This document shows positions 27,260 through 34,760 of a stretch of DNA of 42,237 nt, piece after piece. Source of the stretch: a virus (lineage: Duplodnaviria > Caudoviricetes); the IMG/VR virus record IMGVR_UViG_3300032008_000010, positions 1 through 42,237 of that record; one strand, given 5' to 3'. The position numbers and the translations under genes are program-made. The notes below the pieces were generated by a model. That model did not search any database. It saw nothing but the letters and a program-made list of their open reading frames with translations, and was not told where the DNA came from. Positions within the stretch are counted from its first letter, which is position 1. The number at the start of each line of letters is the position of its first letter.

Positions 27260-27628
27260 CTAGCTCCTCTCGGTGATGCGGATGGCGAACTCTGTGTCGG
27301 TCCCGCCGTCGCGGCGCTTGACCGTCCGGGAGCGGGTGACCCTCACATCGGCGCGGCCGTCCAGCCGCCTCTCGATGTAGGAGGCGAGCCACGGCCAGGG
27401 AGCGAGCGCCCCGTGCGGCGCAGTGCTGGCAGCGGCCCGGGGGAGCCGCAGCAGGAACCGGGCGGTCCCCGGCAGTGGCGGGTAGACCCGGTAGTCGGGG
27501 ACGAAGTGGACGCTGAGCCTGACCGGCGCTGGGTGCAGCGTCCGCATGATCGCCGTCAGTCCCCTGGCCGTTGGCAGCGAGCGGTCATACGGGGAGCCTG
27601 TCAGGCCGCCGCGTTCGTGGTCTGTCAT
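27260..27628 (-). CDS. Hypothetical protein
   Basis: RBS GAGGAGGGG. Packs between neighbouring genes. Confidence 0.55.
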   Translation of the reverse strand: MTDHERGGLTGSPYDRSLPTARGLTAIMRTLHPAPVRLSVHFVPDYRVYPPLPGTARFLLRLPRAAASTAPHGALAPWPWLASYIERRLDGRADVRVTRSRTVKRRDGGTDTEFAIRITERS

Positions 27629-27629
27629 C

Positions 27630-28028
27630 TCAGTGCCCCTCCTCTGCCAGCCCGGCCTCGGCCCATGCCCGGCGGACCGCGTCGGCGGCCAGTTCCAGTA
27701 CCCAGTCGGGTGCGTCCATCCGGCAGTCCGCCTCGGTGTAGCCGCCGGGGATGCGTAGCCCGATCCACGACGTGTCGAGGCGGCGGACCCGGCCCGGCGT
27801 GCCGGTGCCAGGGTTGGCCCACCGGCCGCGTGCCTTGACGTACTGCACGGCTGGTGCGCCGCCGTGCGGCTGGTGGAGGACGATTTGGACCTCCAGCGGG
27901 CCGATGGTCAGCGGGCGGTCGGGCCGCCACGCGTCGGTCCAGCTGAGGTTCGGCCAGCCCATGCGCGGCGGCCGGGTGTAGGTGAATGTCCAGCGGCGGG
28001 TGATCTTCGCTGGGGCGATCTGTGCCAT
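27630..28028 (-). CDS. Hypothetical protein (MAQIAPAKITRRW...)
   Basis: RBS GAGAGGAGCAC before ATG 28028. Confidence 0.65.
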   Translation of the reverse strand: MAQIAPAKITRRWTFTYTRPPRMGWPNLSWTDAWRPDRPLTIGPLEVQIVLHQPHGGAPAVQYVKARGRWANPGTGTPGRVRRLDTSWIGLRIPGGYTEADCRMDAPDWVLELAADAVRRAWAEAGLAEEGH

Positions 28029-28066
28029 GTTGTGCTCCTCTCTCGATCTGGGCTGATTGCCCACCA

Positions 28067-28094
28067 GGGCGGCCAGGGTCCGGGCTGGCCGCCC
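28067..28094 (-). terminator. GC-rich hairpin
   Basis: 10-bp stem GGGCGGCCAG/CTGGCCGCCC just after the stop at 28104. Confidence 0.5.
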
Positions 28095-28103
28095 GCAGGG
28101 CCG

Positions 28104-28322
28104 TCAGGGCAGGCTCGGCCCCTCCGGGCCGAGTGGCGCGGTGGCGATCTCGTGGAGGCGGACCCTCCGCTTCGCCTCGGCCTGGCCGTCGCAGTTGGCG
28201 CTCGTGCCGAGGTTGCATCCAGCCGAGCAGGTCACCAGCAGGCGGCCCTCATAGTGGGGATGCGGGGCGATGGTCAGGTCGTGCCGCAGGCCGTGGTCGT
28301 AGGCGATCATGTCAGCGGTCAT
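28104..28322 (-). CDS. Small putative Zn-binding protein
   Basis: H...VTCSAGC...C...H pattern. RBS GAGGGAG. Confidence 0.6.
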   Translation of the reverse strand: MTADMIAYDHGLRHDLTIAPHPHYEGRLLVTCSAGCNLGTSANCDGQAEAKRRVRLHEIATAPLGPEGPSLP

Positions 28323-28461
28323 CTCCCTCGTAGCGGCGGCCGGCTCCGCGCTGCCCAGCCGCCGAGTAGGCGCGGCTGCGGGTCGCGCTGGGCAGGCGGC
28401 GCTTCCGCGTCGTCCGCGCAGGCTTCCGGGTCCGGTAGCCAGCGGTCTCCAGGTTCCTCAT
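28312..28461 (-). CDS. 49-aa highly basic protein
   Basis: Hand-translated MRNLETAGYRTRKPARTTRKRRLPS.... Preceded by the conserved GGAGAGGAGCACCTGAG element. Confidence 0.5.
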   Translation of the reverse strand: MRNLETAGYRTRKPARTTRKRRLPSATRSRAYSAAGQRGAGRRYEGDDR

Positions 28462-28507
28462 CTCAGGTGCTCCTCTCCAAGAGCCGGGTCTCGGTCTGAG
28501 AGCCCGT

Positions 28508-28546
28508 CCGAGCGGCCGGGCCGGGTTCCTGCCCCCGGCCGCTCGG
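28508..28546 (-). terminator. GC-rich hairpin
   Basis: 13-bp perfect stem CCGAGCGGCCGGG/CCCGGCCGCTCGG after the stop at 28555. Confidence 0.6.
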
Positions 28547-28554
28547 GCTGGCCA

Positions 28555-29130
28555 TCAGCCTCCGAGGAGGGCCATCTGCCGGCCGTAGCAGACCGGGCCG
28601 ATGCCCCGCTCGACGCTCTCCGCGACCCGCAGGGGCCGGCCGCAGACCAGGCAGTGCTCCCACTGGATGCTGAGGGCGGTGACTTCCTCCATCGGCAGCG
28701 CATCGGCGGCGGTGAGCCGGTACTGCATCCCCGGCACCTTCCGCTCCTCGATGCGGACCCGCTCGCCCTGCTGGTTGAGCCGGTCGCCCTGCGCGCCGGT
28801 CAGCGGGATGATCTGCCGGGCGTAGCGGACCTTGCGGCTCTCGCCCTGCGGGGTGAATTCGCGGACCACGTAGAGGTTGCCATCCTGGCGGTAGACGCCC
28901 ACCGGGGCGGCCTCTCCGCGCCGCTCGGGCTGGGCCGGCCTGCCGGGCTGTGCCGGGCTGTCCTGGTGCTCTGCCATGATCCGCTCCACCGCTGCCCACT
29001 GGCCGGGGCTCAGTTCGCCGTACTCGCCGGCGAGGAAGGCCATCTTCGGCAGGAAGCCGTCGCGGCCGGTGTCGAACTGCCGCAGCCAGCCGGCTGCCGG
29101 CTGGTGCTGGGTGCTGCTCTCTCGGGTCAT
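28555..29130 (-). CDS. DUF6011-like zinc-finger protein
   Basis: C-terminal CLVCGRPL...ESVERGIGPVC. RBS AGGAGG and a promoter repeat upstream. Confidence 0.75.
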   Translation of the reverse strand: MTRESSTQHQPAAGWLRQFDTGRDGFLPKMAFLAGEYGELSPGQWAAVERIMAEHQDSPAQPGRPAQPERRGEAAPVGVYRQDGNLYVVREFTPQGESRKVRYARQIIPLTGAQGDRLNQQGERVRIEERKVPGMQYRLTAADALPMEEVTALSIQWEHCLVCGRPLRVAESVERGIGPVCYGRQMALLGG

Positions 29131-29169
29131 CTCGCCCTCCTGGGCTCTCGGTGCTGCTCTCCACCTACC

Positions 29170-29198
29170 AAGCTACACGCGTCCAGGGTTGAGCGCAA
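29170..29198 (-). promoter_or_regulatory. Repeated promoter/operator, copy 2
   Basis: TTGCGC-17 bp (tcaaccctggacgcgtg)-TAGCTT. Confidence 0.85.
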
Positions 29199-29213
29199 GC
29201 GGCAGGCGGAAAC

Positions 29214-29252
29214 CCGCAGGGCCGCCCGGCCCGGAGGCGAGGCGGCCCTGCG
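29214..29252 (-). terminator. Hairpin just upstream of promoter copy 2
   Basis: 13-bp perfect stem CCGCAGGGCCGCC/GGCGGCCCTGCGG. Confidence 0.6.
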
Positions 29253-29401
29253 GCCGGGGGTGGCTAGGCGAGCGAGGGGTCGAACATCTCCGCGCCGCAG
29301 CCCCGGCAGTTGCCCAGCGCGTCGGCGCGGTGCTGATGCCGGCTGGTGGCGGGGAGCACGCCCGTGGCTGCGGCCCGGGGCTCACCACCACGCCATGGGT
29401 G

Positions 29402-30670
29402 CTAGGGGGGCAGGGCGAACAAGGCGTCCTGCCCTTCGGGGATAGGTGGCGGCTTCGGCACGTCCAGTGCCCGCGCCCGTTCGCCGGGGTCGTGGCACCG
29501 CCACGCGGCCAGCCGGCAGTAGTCGGCGGATGCGTCCACGGTGATGCCGTGGCGGCCGTGGACGGTGGCGACGAGGGCGGTGGTGCCGGTGCCGCCGAAC
29601 GGGTCGAGGACGACAGCGGGGCGGGTGGGGGCATCTGGGCGGGCGCAGGCGCATGCGTAACCGGTGATGCGATCACCGCCATGTGCCATCTTGAACGCCC
29701 AGAAGCTACGGGAGGAGTTCCACGGAGCGGCACTAGATGCGGTCGTGCGGCGCCCGTCTCCTGGAGACTGAAGCTTGTTGTCATGGCCGCTGGTCACGCG
29801 GTCCACGACCGGGCGCCGTCCTTCGCCGCAGGCTGTGCAGACACCCGGCGGTGACCAGCCGAGGACAATCGGCCGGACCAGCGCGGGGGGGAACGCGGCG
29901 AAGTGGTCGACGCCGAGATGGGCGGGCACCACGAGGGCGGCGCTGGGGATGGTCCACACCGACCCGGGCAGCTTCCCCAGCGGGTTGGCTGCCATCCCCG
30001 GGCCGCCGTAGTTATGGCCAGCATCCGGGTTCTTCTGGTGTCCGATTAGCTTGCGATCTGCCCAAGTCCAGCCTTCGCGGCTGGTTGGTTCGCGTATCTC
30101 GTCGACGGCGCTGTAATAGCGGGGCTGGCGGGTGAAGTGGAACACCTGCTCATGCGCCCGCCGCACCCGGTCCGTCACCGACTCGGGCAGCCCGTTGGAC
30201 TTCGCCCAGACGATCTCCGCGCGGAGGATGAGGCCAAGCTGATCCATACAGGCGAGTGCATACCGCCACGGCAGCCCCAGCAGCGACTTCGGCTGGCCGG
30301 GGACACGTCGGCCGCCACCGTCAAACGTCCCGTTGGCGAACGCGCGAGGCCTGCCGTTGCTGCGGCCGCCGTCTAGCGTCGATGCGGACGTGCCGCCCTT
30401 GGTGCCGTCGCTGCCTGCGTACTTGTCGCCGAGGTTGACGAACAGTGACCCGGATGGTTTCAGCACCCGCACCCATTCCCGCGTGCATTCCACCAGCGCC
30501 GTCACATACTCGGCCGGGGTCGCCTCGGAGCCGATCTGCCCGCCGTACACCTCGCCCGCGTCGGTGTAGGCCCTGAGCCCGTAGTACGGCGGGCTGGTGA
30601 CGATCAGGTCCACGCACCCGTCCGGCAGCGGCAGCCGGCGGGCGTCACCACGCAGGATGGCCACGCTCAT
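29402..30670 (-). CDS. Orphan DNA amino-methyltransferase, beta class (N4-C/N6-A)
   Basis: Catalytic motif IV VTSPPY near the N-terminus, HFAAFP, and SAM-binding motif I VLDPFGGTGTT near the C-terminus. No restriction nuclease next to it. Confidence 0.92.
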   Translation of the reverse strand: MSVAILRGDARRLPLPDGCVDLIVTSPPYYGLRAYTDAGEVYGGQIGSEATPAEYVTALVECTREWVRVLKPSGSLFVNLGDKYAGSDGTKGGTSASTLDGGRSNGRPRAFANGTFDGGGRRVPGQPKSLLGLPWRYALACMDQLGLILRAEIVWAKSNGLPESVTDRVRRAHEQVFHFTRQPRYYSAVDEIREPTSREGWTWADRKLIGHQKNPDAGHNYGGPGMAANPLGKLPGSVWTIPSAALVVPAHLGVDHFAAFPPALVRPIVLGWSPPGVCTACGEGRRPVVDRVTSGHDNKLQSPGDGRRTTASSAAPWNSSRSFWAFKMAHGGDRITGYACACARPDAPTRPAVVLDPFGGTGTTALVATVHGRHGITVDASADYCRLAAWRCHDPGERARALDVPKPPPIPEGQDALFALPP

Positions 30671-30676
30671 AAGGCC

Positions 30677-30705
30677 AACCTACACGCGTCCAGAGTGAGA
30701 AGCAA
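30677..30705 (-). promoter_or_regulatory. Repeated promoter/operator, copy 3 (leaderless, methyltransferase)
   Basis: TTGCTT-17 bp (ctcactctggacgcgtg)-TAGGTT, then 6 nt to the ATG. Confidence 0.85.
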
Positions 30706-30724
30706 GGCGGACGGGCGAACAGCA

Positions 30725-30758
30725 GCAGCCCCGGCGGATTGCCGCCCGCCGGGGCTGC
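30725..30758 (-). terminator. Hairpin just upstream of promoter copy 3
   Basis: 13-bp perfect stem GCAGCCCCGGCGG/CCGCCGGGGCTGC. Confidence 0.6.
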
Positions 30759-30774
30759 CGTGGCCGCTGAGCGG

Positions 30775-31224
30775 CTAGCGTTCCATGTCATCCCGCCATG
30801 CCTCCGCCGCGTCCATCGCCTCCTCGTGGAGCCGCTGCGCCTCATCCTCGGCCGCGTCATGCTCGCCCTCGGAGCGGAGGTCGCAGAGGACGCAGCCCGA
30901 GACATAGGCCGGGTGGCTGCGGGGGTGGAGCAGCCGCTCGCAGCCCCGGCCGCCGGCCAGGTAGGTGAGCATCGCCCAGGCGGAGCGCCGCTGCGCCAGC
31001 GCCGCGTCGATCTCCGCGCCGACCCTGGCGAGCCAGCCCGGCGACTCGCTGTAGCCCTCGCCGGCCTGGATCGCGGCGGCGATGCGCTCAAGCCTGGCGG
31101 CGAGCGAGGCGATCCCGTCGAGGGCTGCCTCCTCGCCGTAGTTGATCTGGTCGAGGGCGATCTCCGCGCCCCGGCCGGCCTTGGCCGATGCTGCGGCCAG
31201 ATCGGCGTTGGTGAACCTCTGCAT
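30775..31224 (-). CDS. Hypothetical helical protein with Cys/His cluster
   Basis: RBS GGAGAGGAGCAC. C..LLH..SH....GCVLC motif. Confidence 0.65.
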   Translation of the reverse strand: MQRFTNADLAAASAKAGRGAEIALDQINYGEEAALDGIASLAARLERIAAAIQAGEGYSESPGWLARVGAEIDAALAQRRSAWAMLTYLAGGRGCERLLHPRSHPAYVSGCVLCDLRSEGEHDAAEDEAQRLHEEAMDAAEAWRDDMER

Positions 31225-31262
31225 TGCCGTGCTCCTCTCCTGGGGTGCTCCTCATGGAATCC

Positions 31263-31291
31263 AAGCTACACGCGTCTAGGGTTGGTGGCAA
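31263..31291 (-). promoter_or_regulatory. Repeated promoter/operator, copy 4
   Basis: TTGCCA-17 bp (ccaaccctagacgcgtg)-TAGCTT. Confidence 0.85.
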
Positions 31292-31292
31292 G

Positions 31293-31332
31293 CTGGACCG
31301 GCCCGGCCAGTCGATCAGCCGGGCCGGTCCAG
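31293..31332 (-). terminator. Hairpin abutting promoter copy 4
   Basis: 15-bp perfect stem CTGGACCGGCCCGGC/GCCGGGCCGGTCCAG. Confidence 0.65.
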
Positions 31333-31341
31333 GCGAGCGCC

Positions 31342-31770
31342 TCAGCCGCTTTGCAGCAGCTTCCGGCAGTCGCCGCAGACGAAACCGTGGGCGGCGCGGC
31401 CCTCAGCGGTCCACCGTTCGTAGGCGACCCACTCCTGCGCCCCGTTCGGGTCCGTGCACCACCGCTCGGGGGTGCAGCCCCGCCCATCGGCGGTCAGCAG
31501 CACCCGGTCGTGGCGGCCGAGCGCCGCCAGCCATTCCGCCGAGCCCGGCTTGCCCGCCGCGTCGGCGCGCTGCCCGGCGGCCAGATCCCAGCCGGCGGTG
31601 ACCGCGATCATGCCATCCGGCATCCGGGTCGCCAGCGGGGCGTCGAGCAGCAGGGCGGCGAGCCGCCGGGTCTGCGCGGCGCGGTCCTCGCTGGAGCCGG
31701 GCCGGTTCCAGCGCTCGTACTGGGCGGCGAGGTCCGGGCTCGGGGCCAGGGTGGGGAGTGTGCTGTTCAT
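31342..31770 (-). CDS. Hypothetical protein with C-terminal zinc ribbon
   Basis: RBS GGAGAGGAGCAC. C....C...HGFVCGDCRK motif. Confidence 0.7.
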   Translation of the reverse strand: MNSTLPTLAPSPDLAAQYERWNRPGSSEDRAAQTRRLAALLLDAPLATRMPDGMIAVTAGWDLAAGQRADAAGKPGSAEWLAALGRHDRVLLTADGRGCTPERWCTDPNGAQEWVAYERWTAEGRAAHGFVCGDCRKLLQSG

Positions 31771-31799
31771 CGGGTGCTCCTCTCCAAGGGGCGGGTTGG

Positions 31800-32060
31800 C
31801 TAGCTCTCGCGGTGGAGAACGTAGGTGCCTTCGTCGGTCATGATGGCCTGCGCGGCGGCGGCGGCGCAGCAGGCGCGGATCCGTCCGGTCTGCTGGTGGG
31901 GCTCCATCGTCCCAGTCGCCCAGGTCTCCAGGTAGCCGCCCGAGCAGACCGGCTCGTTGCAGCAGCCGGTGTAGCCGTCGTCGGTGCCAGGGTTGAGCCG
32001 GCCGCAGGACTCGCAGTGCGGGCCGGCGATCCGGGCGGTGGTGGTCATGTTGTTTCCCAT
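31800..32060 (-). CDS. Small Cys-rich protein, likely leaderless
   Basis: CESC...GCCNEPVC...ACC. ATG lies 6 nt from the -10 box of promoter copy 5. Confidence 0.7.
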   Translation of the reverse strand: MGNNMTTTARIAGPHCESCGRLNPGTDDGYTGCCNEPVCSGGYLETWATGTMEPHQQTGRIRACCAAAAAQAIMTDEGTYVLHRES

Positions 32061-32066
32061 AACCTC

Positions 32067-32095
32067 AACCTACACGCGTCCAGGGTAACAAGCAA
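32067..32095 (-). promoter_or_regulatory. Repeated promoter/operator, copy 5
   Basis: TTGCTT-17 bp (gttaccctggacgcgtg)-TAGGTT. Confidence 0.85.
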
Positions 32096-32232
32096 GGGGT
32101 GTGGCGTGAACCGCTCCGAGCAGTTCCCAGCCCCCCGGTCTGGCAGGCTGGCCGCAGCCCCTAGCTGAGCCGAGGAGCCCACGCCATGCCCGTCCGCCGT
32201 CAAGGCAGCGTTTACCCCGGCTGGCGGCTGGC

Positions 32233-32700
32233 ATGACCGCAGGCGCAGAGCCAGGGCAGCCCCCAGCGGGCCGCCACCGGGCGCGCAGGTGGCGAGCGTG
32301 GGCGCAGGCCGCGTGGGGGAAAGTCGGCCGCAGGGGGCTGTTCCTCCTGTTCCTGGCCTTCCTCGACTTCACGTTCGGCTACTCGCTGTTCCGCGCTGAG
32401 ACCGCCCATCCCCGGCTGGTCGTGTATGACCTGCTGCTGACGACGAGCGAGTGGGCGGTGATCTGGTTTGCCGGCGGCGTGGTCTGCCTGACCGGCGTGG
32501 CCGCGTCGAAGGACCGCTGGGCGTTCGCCTGGAACGCCGGGCTGTTCACCGCCTGGGCTGTCATCAACGGCTATGTGTGGATCGGGCAGCATCTCCGCGA
32601 CGGCTGGGTCGCCGTCACCATCTGGCTCGCCTTCGCCGCCGTCATCCTGCTGATCTCCTCCTGGCCAGAGGCACCGCCGCGCCAGGCCGCCCATGAGTAG
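32233..32700 (+). CDS. 4-TM membrane protein (holin-like actinophage family), paralog A
   Basis: Four hydrophobic helices. GRRG.FL...W..IW...G..C..G...DR.AF...W...DGW...W.AFAA.....SWPE pattern. Confidence 0.75.
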   Translation: MTAGAEPGQPPAGRHRARRWRAWAQAAWGKVGRRGLFLLFLAFLDFTFGYSLFRAETAHPRLVVYDLLLTTSEWAVIWFAGGVVCLTGVAASKDRWAFAWNAGLFTAWAVINGYVWIGQHLRDGWVAVTIWLAFAAVILLISSWPEAPPRQAAHE

Positions 32701-33124
32701 CTACCGCGCCAGGCCGCAGCGGTTCCGCCGCCGCGCCGCGTTCCTCGGCTACCTCGGGGTCGTGGCGATCATGCGCGCCTACCCGATGCTCCACAGCATC
32801 CCGCCCTACCCCGGCTACTCGCTGTGGTTCGGGACGCTCGGCTGGGGCTGGCTCTGGCTCGGCGTCGGCATCGCCTGCTTCACCGGGATCATCGGCCGCT
32901 ACGACCGGCCGGCGTTCTCCATCGCCGCCGGGCTGATGACGTTCTGGGCCGCGCAGATGACCGACATCTGGCTGGCGCAGGGCAAGCCGGACGGCTGGAC
33001 TATGGCTGTCACATGGCTGGCATTTGCCGCGATCACCCTCGTGGTCGCCTCCTGGCCCGAGCCGGCCGCCGCGCCGCTCAGGCCGCCCGACCCGCAACTG
33101 CCTGGTGCTCGCAACAGGGGGTGA
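32693..33124 (+). CDS. 4-TM membrane protein, paralog B
   Basis: Aligns by eye with paralog A (DRPAF, DGW, WLAFAA, SWPE). Overlapping start. Confidence 0.75.
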   Translation: MSSYRARPQRFRRRAAFLGYLGVVAIMRAYPMLHSIPPYPGYSLWFGTLGWGWLWLGVGIACFTGIIGRYDRPAFSIAAGLMTFWAAQMTDIWLAQGKPDGWTMAVTWLAFAAITLVVASWPEPAAAPLRPPDPQLPGARNRG

Positions 33125-33990
33125 TGGTGGACCCAGGAGTTGTAGTCGCCATCGTCGGCGTCTGCGGCACAGTGCTGTCAGTCGTCGTCGCGTCCGTCCT
33201 CTCCTCGCGGGCGAACCGGGAGGCGGAACAGGCCGCCCTGCCATCGGTCGAGGCCGGCGCGTACACGCGGGCGCAGGACATCTACGAGTCGGCCATCCGC
33301 CAGCTAGAACGGCAGACCGCCGACCTGCGCCGCGAAGTGGAGCACCTAGCCCAGATCAACGAGCAGCTAGCCGAGACGAACCGGGCGCTGACAAACGACG
33401 TCGGCAGGATGCGGGAGGAACTGGCGGCGCTCCGTGACACCAACATCGGTCTCACGGAGCGCCTGCGGTATACCGGCCTGCCGCCGCTGCCGCCGCCGCC
33501 GCCGCCGTTCCCCGGCCCTCCCCGCTTAGGCCGCTGCCCTGCTCCGGTGGGAGCGGTCGCGTGGCCGCCGGTCCTGCCCCGGCTGCGGATACCACCAGTC
33601 GGCCGGCCCCGGCTCCCGGTAGTAGGCGAGCAGCCGGGGGTTCGCCTTCAGGTGCGCCCGCCAGCGTTCCATCGTCCGCTCCGTCACCCCGAGGTAGCAG
33701 GCGGCCCGGTAGGCGTCCCAGGTGAGGACGCTGGTCAGGAACACGAAGTCGTCGAGGCGGGCCAGCCAGCGGGCCGAGCGGGCGGTGGGCCGCTGGGTCT
33801 CGCTCATTGCTGGTGCTCCTCTCCTGAGTTGCCCGCCTGCCAGGCGGCCAGCCAGGCGAGCGTGGCGGTCCTGCCCTGCTCGTACCGCTGGCCGCCGAGC
33901 AGGATGTTCCGCGCCTGCTCGCGGGTCACTGTGGACGGCGTGGCGAGCGGGCCGCCGCATATGGCGCAGCAGCCGCCGATGGTGGAGTGA
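33124..33990 (+). CDS. 1-TM plus coiled-coil protein; 3' end uncertain, probably near 33529
   Basis: TGATG-coupled start, N-terminal TM, heptad coiled coil, poly-Pro tail. As written the frame runs antisense through two - strand genes. Confidence 0.65.
   Translation: MVDPGVVVAIVGVCGTVLSVVVASVLSSRANREAEQAALPSVEAGAYTRAQDIYESAIRQLERQTADLRREVEHLAQINEQLAETNRALTNDVGRMREELAALRDTNIGLTERLRYTGLPPLPPPPPPFPGPPRLGRCPAPVGAVAWPPVLPRLRIPPVGRPRLPVVGEQPGVRLQVRPPAFHRPLRHPEVAGGPVGVPGEDAGQEHEVVEAGQPAGRAGGGPLGLAHCWCSSPELPACQAASQASVAVLPCSYRWPPSRMFRACSRVTVDGVASGPPHMAQQPPMVE
33526..33807 (-). CDS. HTH DNA-binding protein
   Basis: AACYLGVTERTMERW helix-turn-helix. RBS GGAGAGGAGCAC and ATGA overlap. Confidence 0.7.
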   Translation of the reverse strand: MSETQRPTARSARWLARLDDFVFLTSVLTWDAYRAACYLGVTERTMERWRAHLKANPRLLAYYREPGPADWWYPQPGQDRRPRDRSHRSRAAA

Positions 33991-34055
33991 TAGGCGCAGC
34001 CGGCGGCGCAGGCTGCCAGTTGGTAGGTGGCCATCTGGGTGGTCGTGTCGGTCAT
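33804..34055 (-). CDS. Small zinc-finger protein
   Basis: CAAGC......CCAICGG motif. RBS GAGAGGAGCAC downstream of promoter copy 6. Confidence 0.7.
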   Translation of the reverse strand: MTDTTTQMATYQLAACAAGCAYHSTIGGCCAICGGPLATPSTVTREQARNILLGGQRYEQGRTATLAWLAAWQAGNSGEEHQQ

Positions 34056-34079
34056 TTCGTGCTCCTCTCTCCAGCATCC

Positions 34080-34108
34080 AAGCTACACGCGTCCAGGGAC
34101 GGTGGCAA
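34080..34108 (-). promoter_or_regulatory. Repeated promoter/operator, copy 6
   Basis: TTGCCA-17 bp (ccgtccctggacgcgtg)-TAGCTT. Confidence 0.85.
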
Positions 34109-34111
34109 GCG

Positions 34112-34285
34112 TCAGAGGAGAACCGGCGCGGGTTTCCCGCTCAGGATGCTGATGAGTTCCTCCGCCTCGGCGTTGCTCATGTGCTCCGCCGCGTCGCGGA
34201 TGCGCTGGGCCAGCCCGGCCGGGACGCGGTCCCGGTTCTCGGTCAGCAGCCGGCCGAGGATGTAGCGGCGGTATCCGGTGGCCAT
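34112..34285 (-). CDS. 57-aa helical hypothetical protein
   Basis: Hand-translated MATGYRRYILGRLLTENRDRVPAGLAQRIRDAAEHMSNAEAEELISILSGKPAPVLL. RBS GGAGG. Confidence 0.6.
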   Translation of the reverse strand: MATGYRRYILGRLLTENRDRVPAGLAQRIRDAAEHMSNAEAEELISILSGKPAPVLL

Positions 34286-34286
34286 C

Positions 34287-34715
34287 TCAGGCCGCCTCTA
34301 CCAGCCAGGCGCGGAAGCGGAAGCTGCCGTGCAGCGGGCGGGAGGCGATGCCGTCGATGATCGTCCAGGCGTGCGCGGAGCCGCGCCCCTTGCCGGTGAT
34401 GAGGAAGCGGCGGCCGGGGCCGTCAGCGGCCAGATCGGAGTAGCTGATCCCGGCCTGCTCGGCCAGCGAGAGCCCGGCGGCGGCGAGCGCGGCGCGGAGT
34501 TCCGGGCCATACATTCCCCTGCCGGGCCGGTAGCCGGCGGCCAGCGCCAGCGCCTCGGCGTCGCCATAGGGCAGGCCGGTCAGTTCGGTCATGCTGCGGA
34601 TCGCGCAGTCCGAGCGGCGGGTGTTCTCGCGGGGCGCGTCCAGGGTGGCGCAGTCGGCGCAGAAGGCCATGTCGTGCCGGTCGCACCGGCTGCTGCTGAG
34701 TGGTGTCCTCTCCAT
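34287..34715 (-). CDS. Putative papain-fold (C39-like) cysteine peptidase with N-terminal Zn knuckle
   Basis: DCAIRS...TGLPY (candidate catalytic Cys) and HAWTIIDG (His/Asp). N-terminal C..H...C..C. Confidence 0.55.
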   Translation of the reverse strand: MERTPLSSSRCDRHDMAFCADCATLDAPRENTRRSDCAIRSMTELTGLPYGDAEALALAAGYRPGRGMYGPELRAALAAAGLSLAEQAGISYSDLAADGPGRRFLITGKGRGSAHAWTIIDGIASRPLHGSFRFRAWLVEAA

Positions 34716-34721
34716 AACTCA

Positions 34722-34750
34722 AAGCTATACGCGTCCAGGGTTGGTGGGAA
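34722..34750 (-). promoter_or_regulatory. Repeated promoter/operator, copy 7
   Basis: TTCCCA-17 bp (ccaaccctggacgcgta)-TAGCTT, then 6 nt to the ATG. Confidence 0.8.
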
Positions 34751-34760
34751 GGGTTTCCCG

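Noticed and set aside
29402-30670. Complete restriction-modification system, or ACGCGT avoidance
   Set aside because: No adjacent endonuclease, and ACGCGT occurs repeatedly in coding regions (e.g. near 5502, 10305, 13472).
34635-34646. Extra core CGCGTCCAGGGT inside the peptidase gene
   Set aside because: No -10 or -35 box and an incomplete dyad. Plausibly chance in GC-rich coding DNA, though an auxiliary site cannot be excluded.
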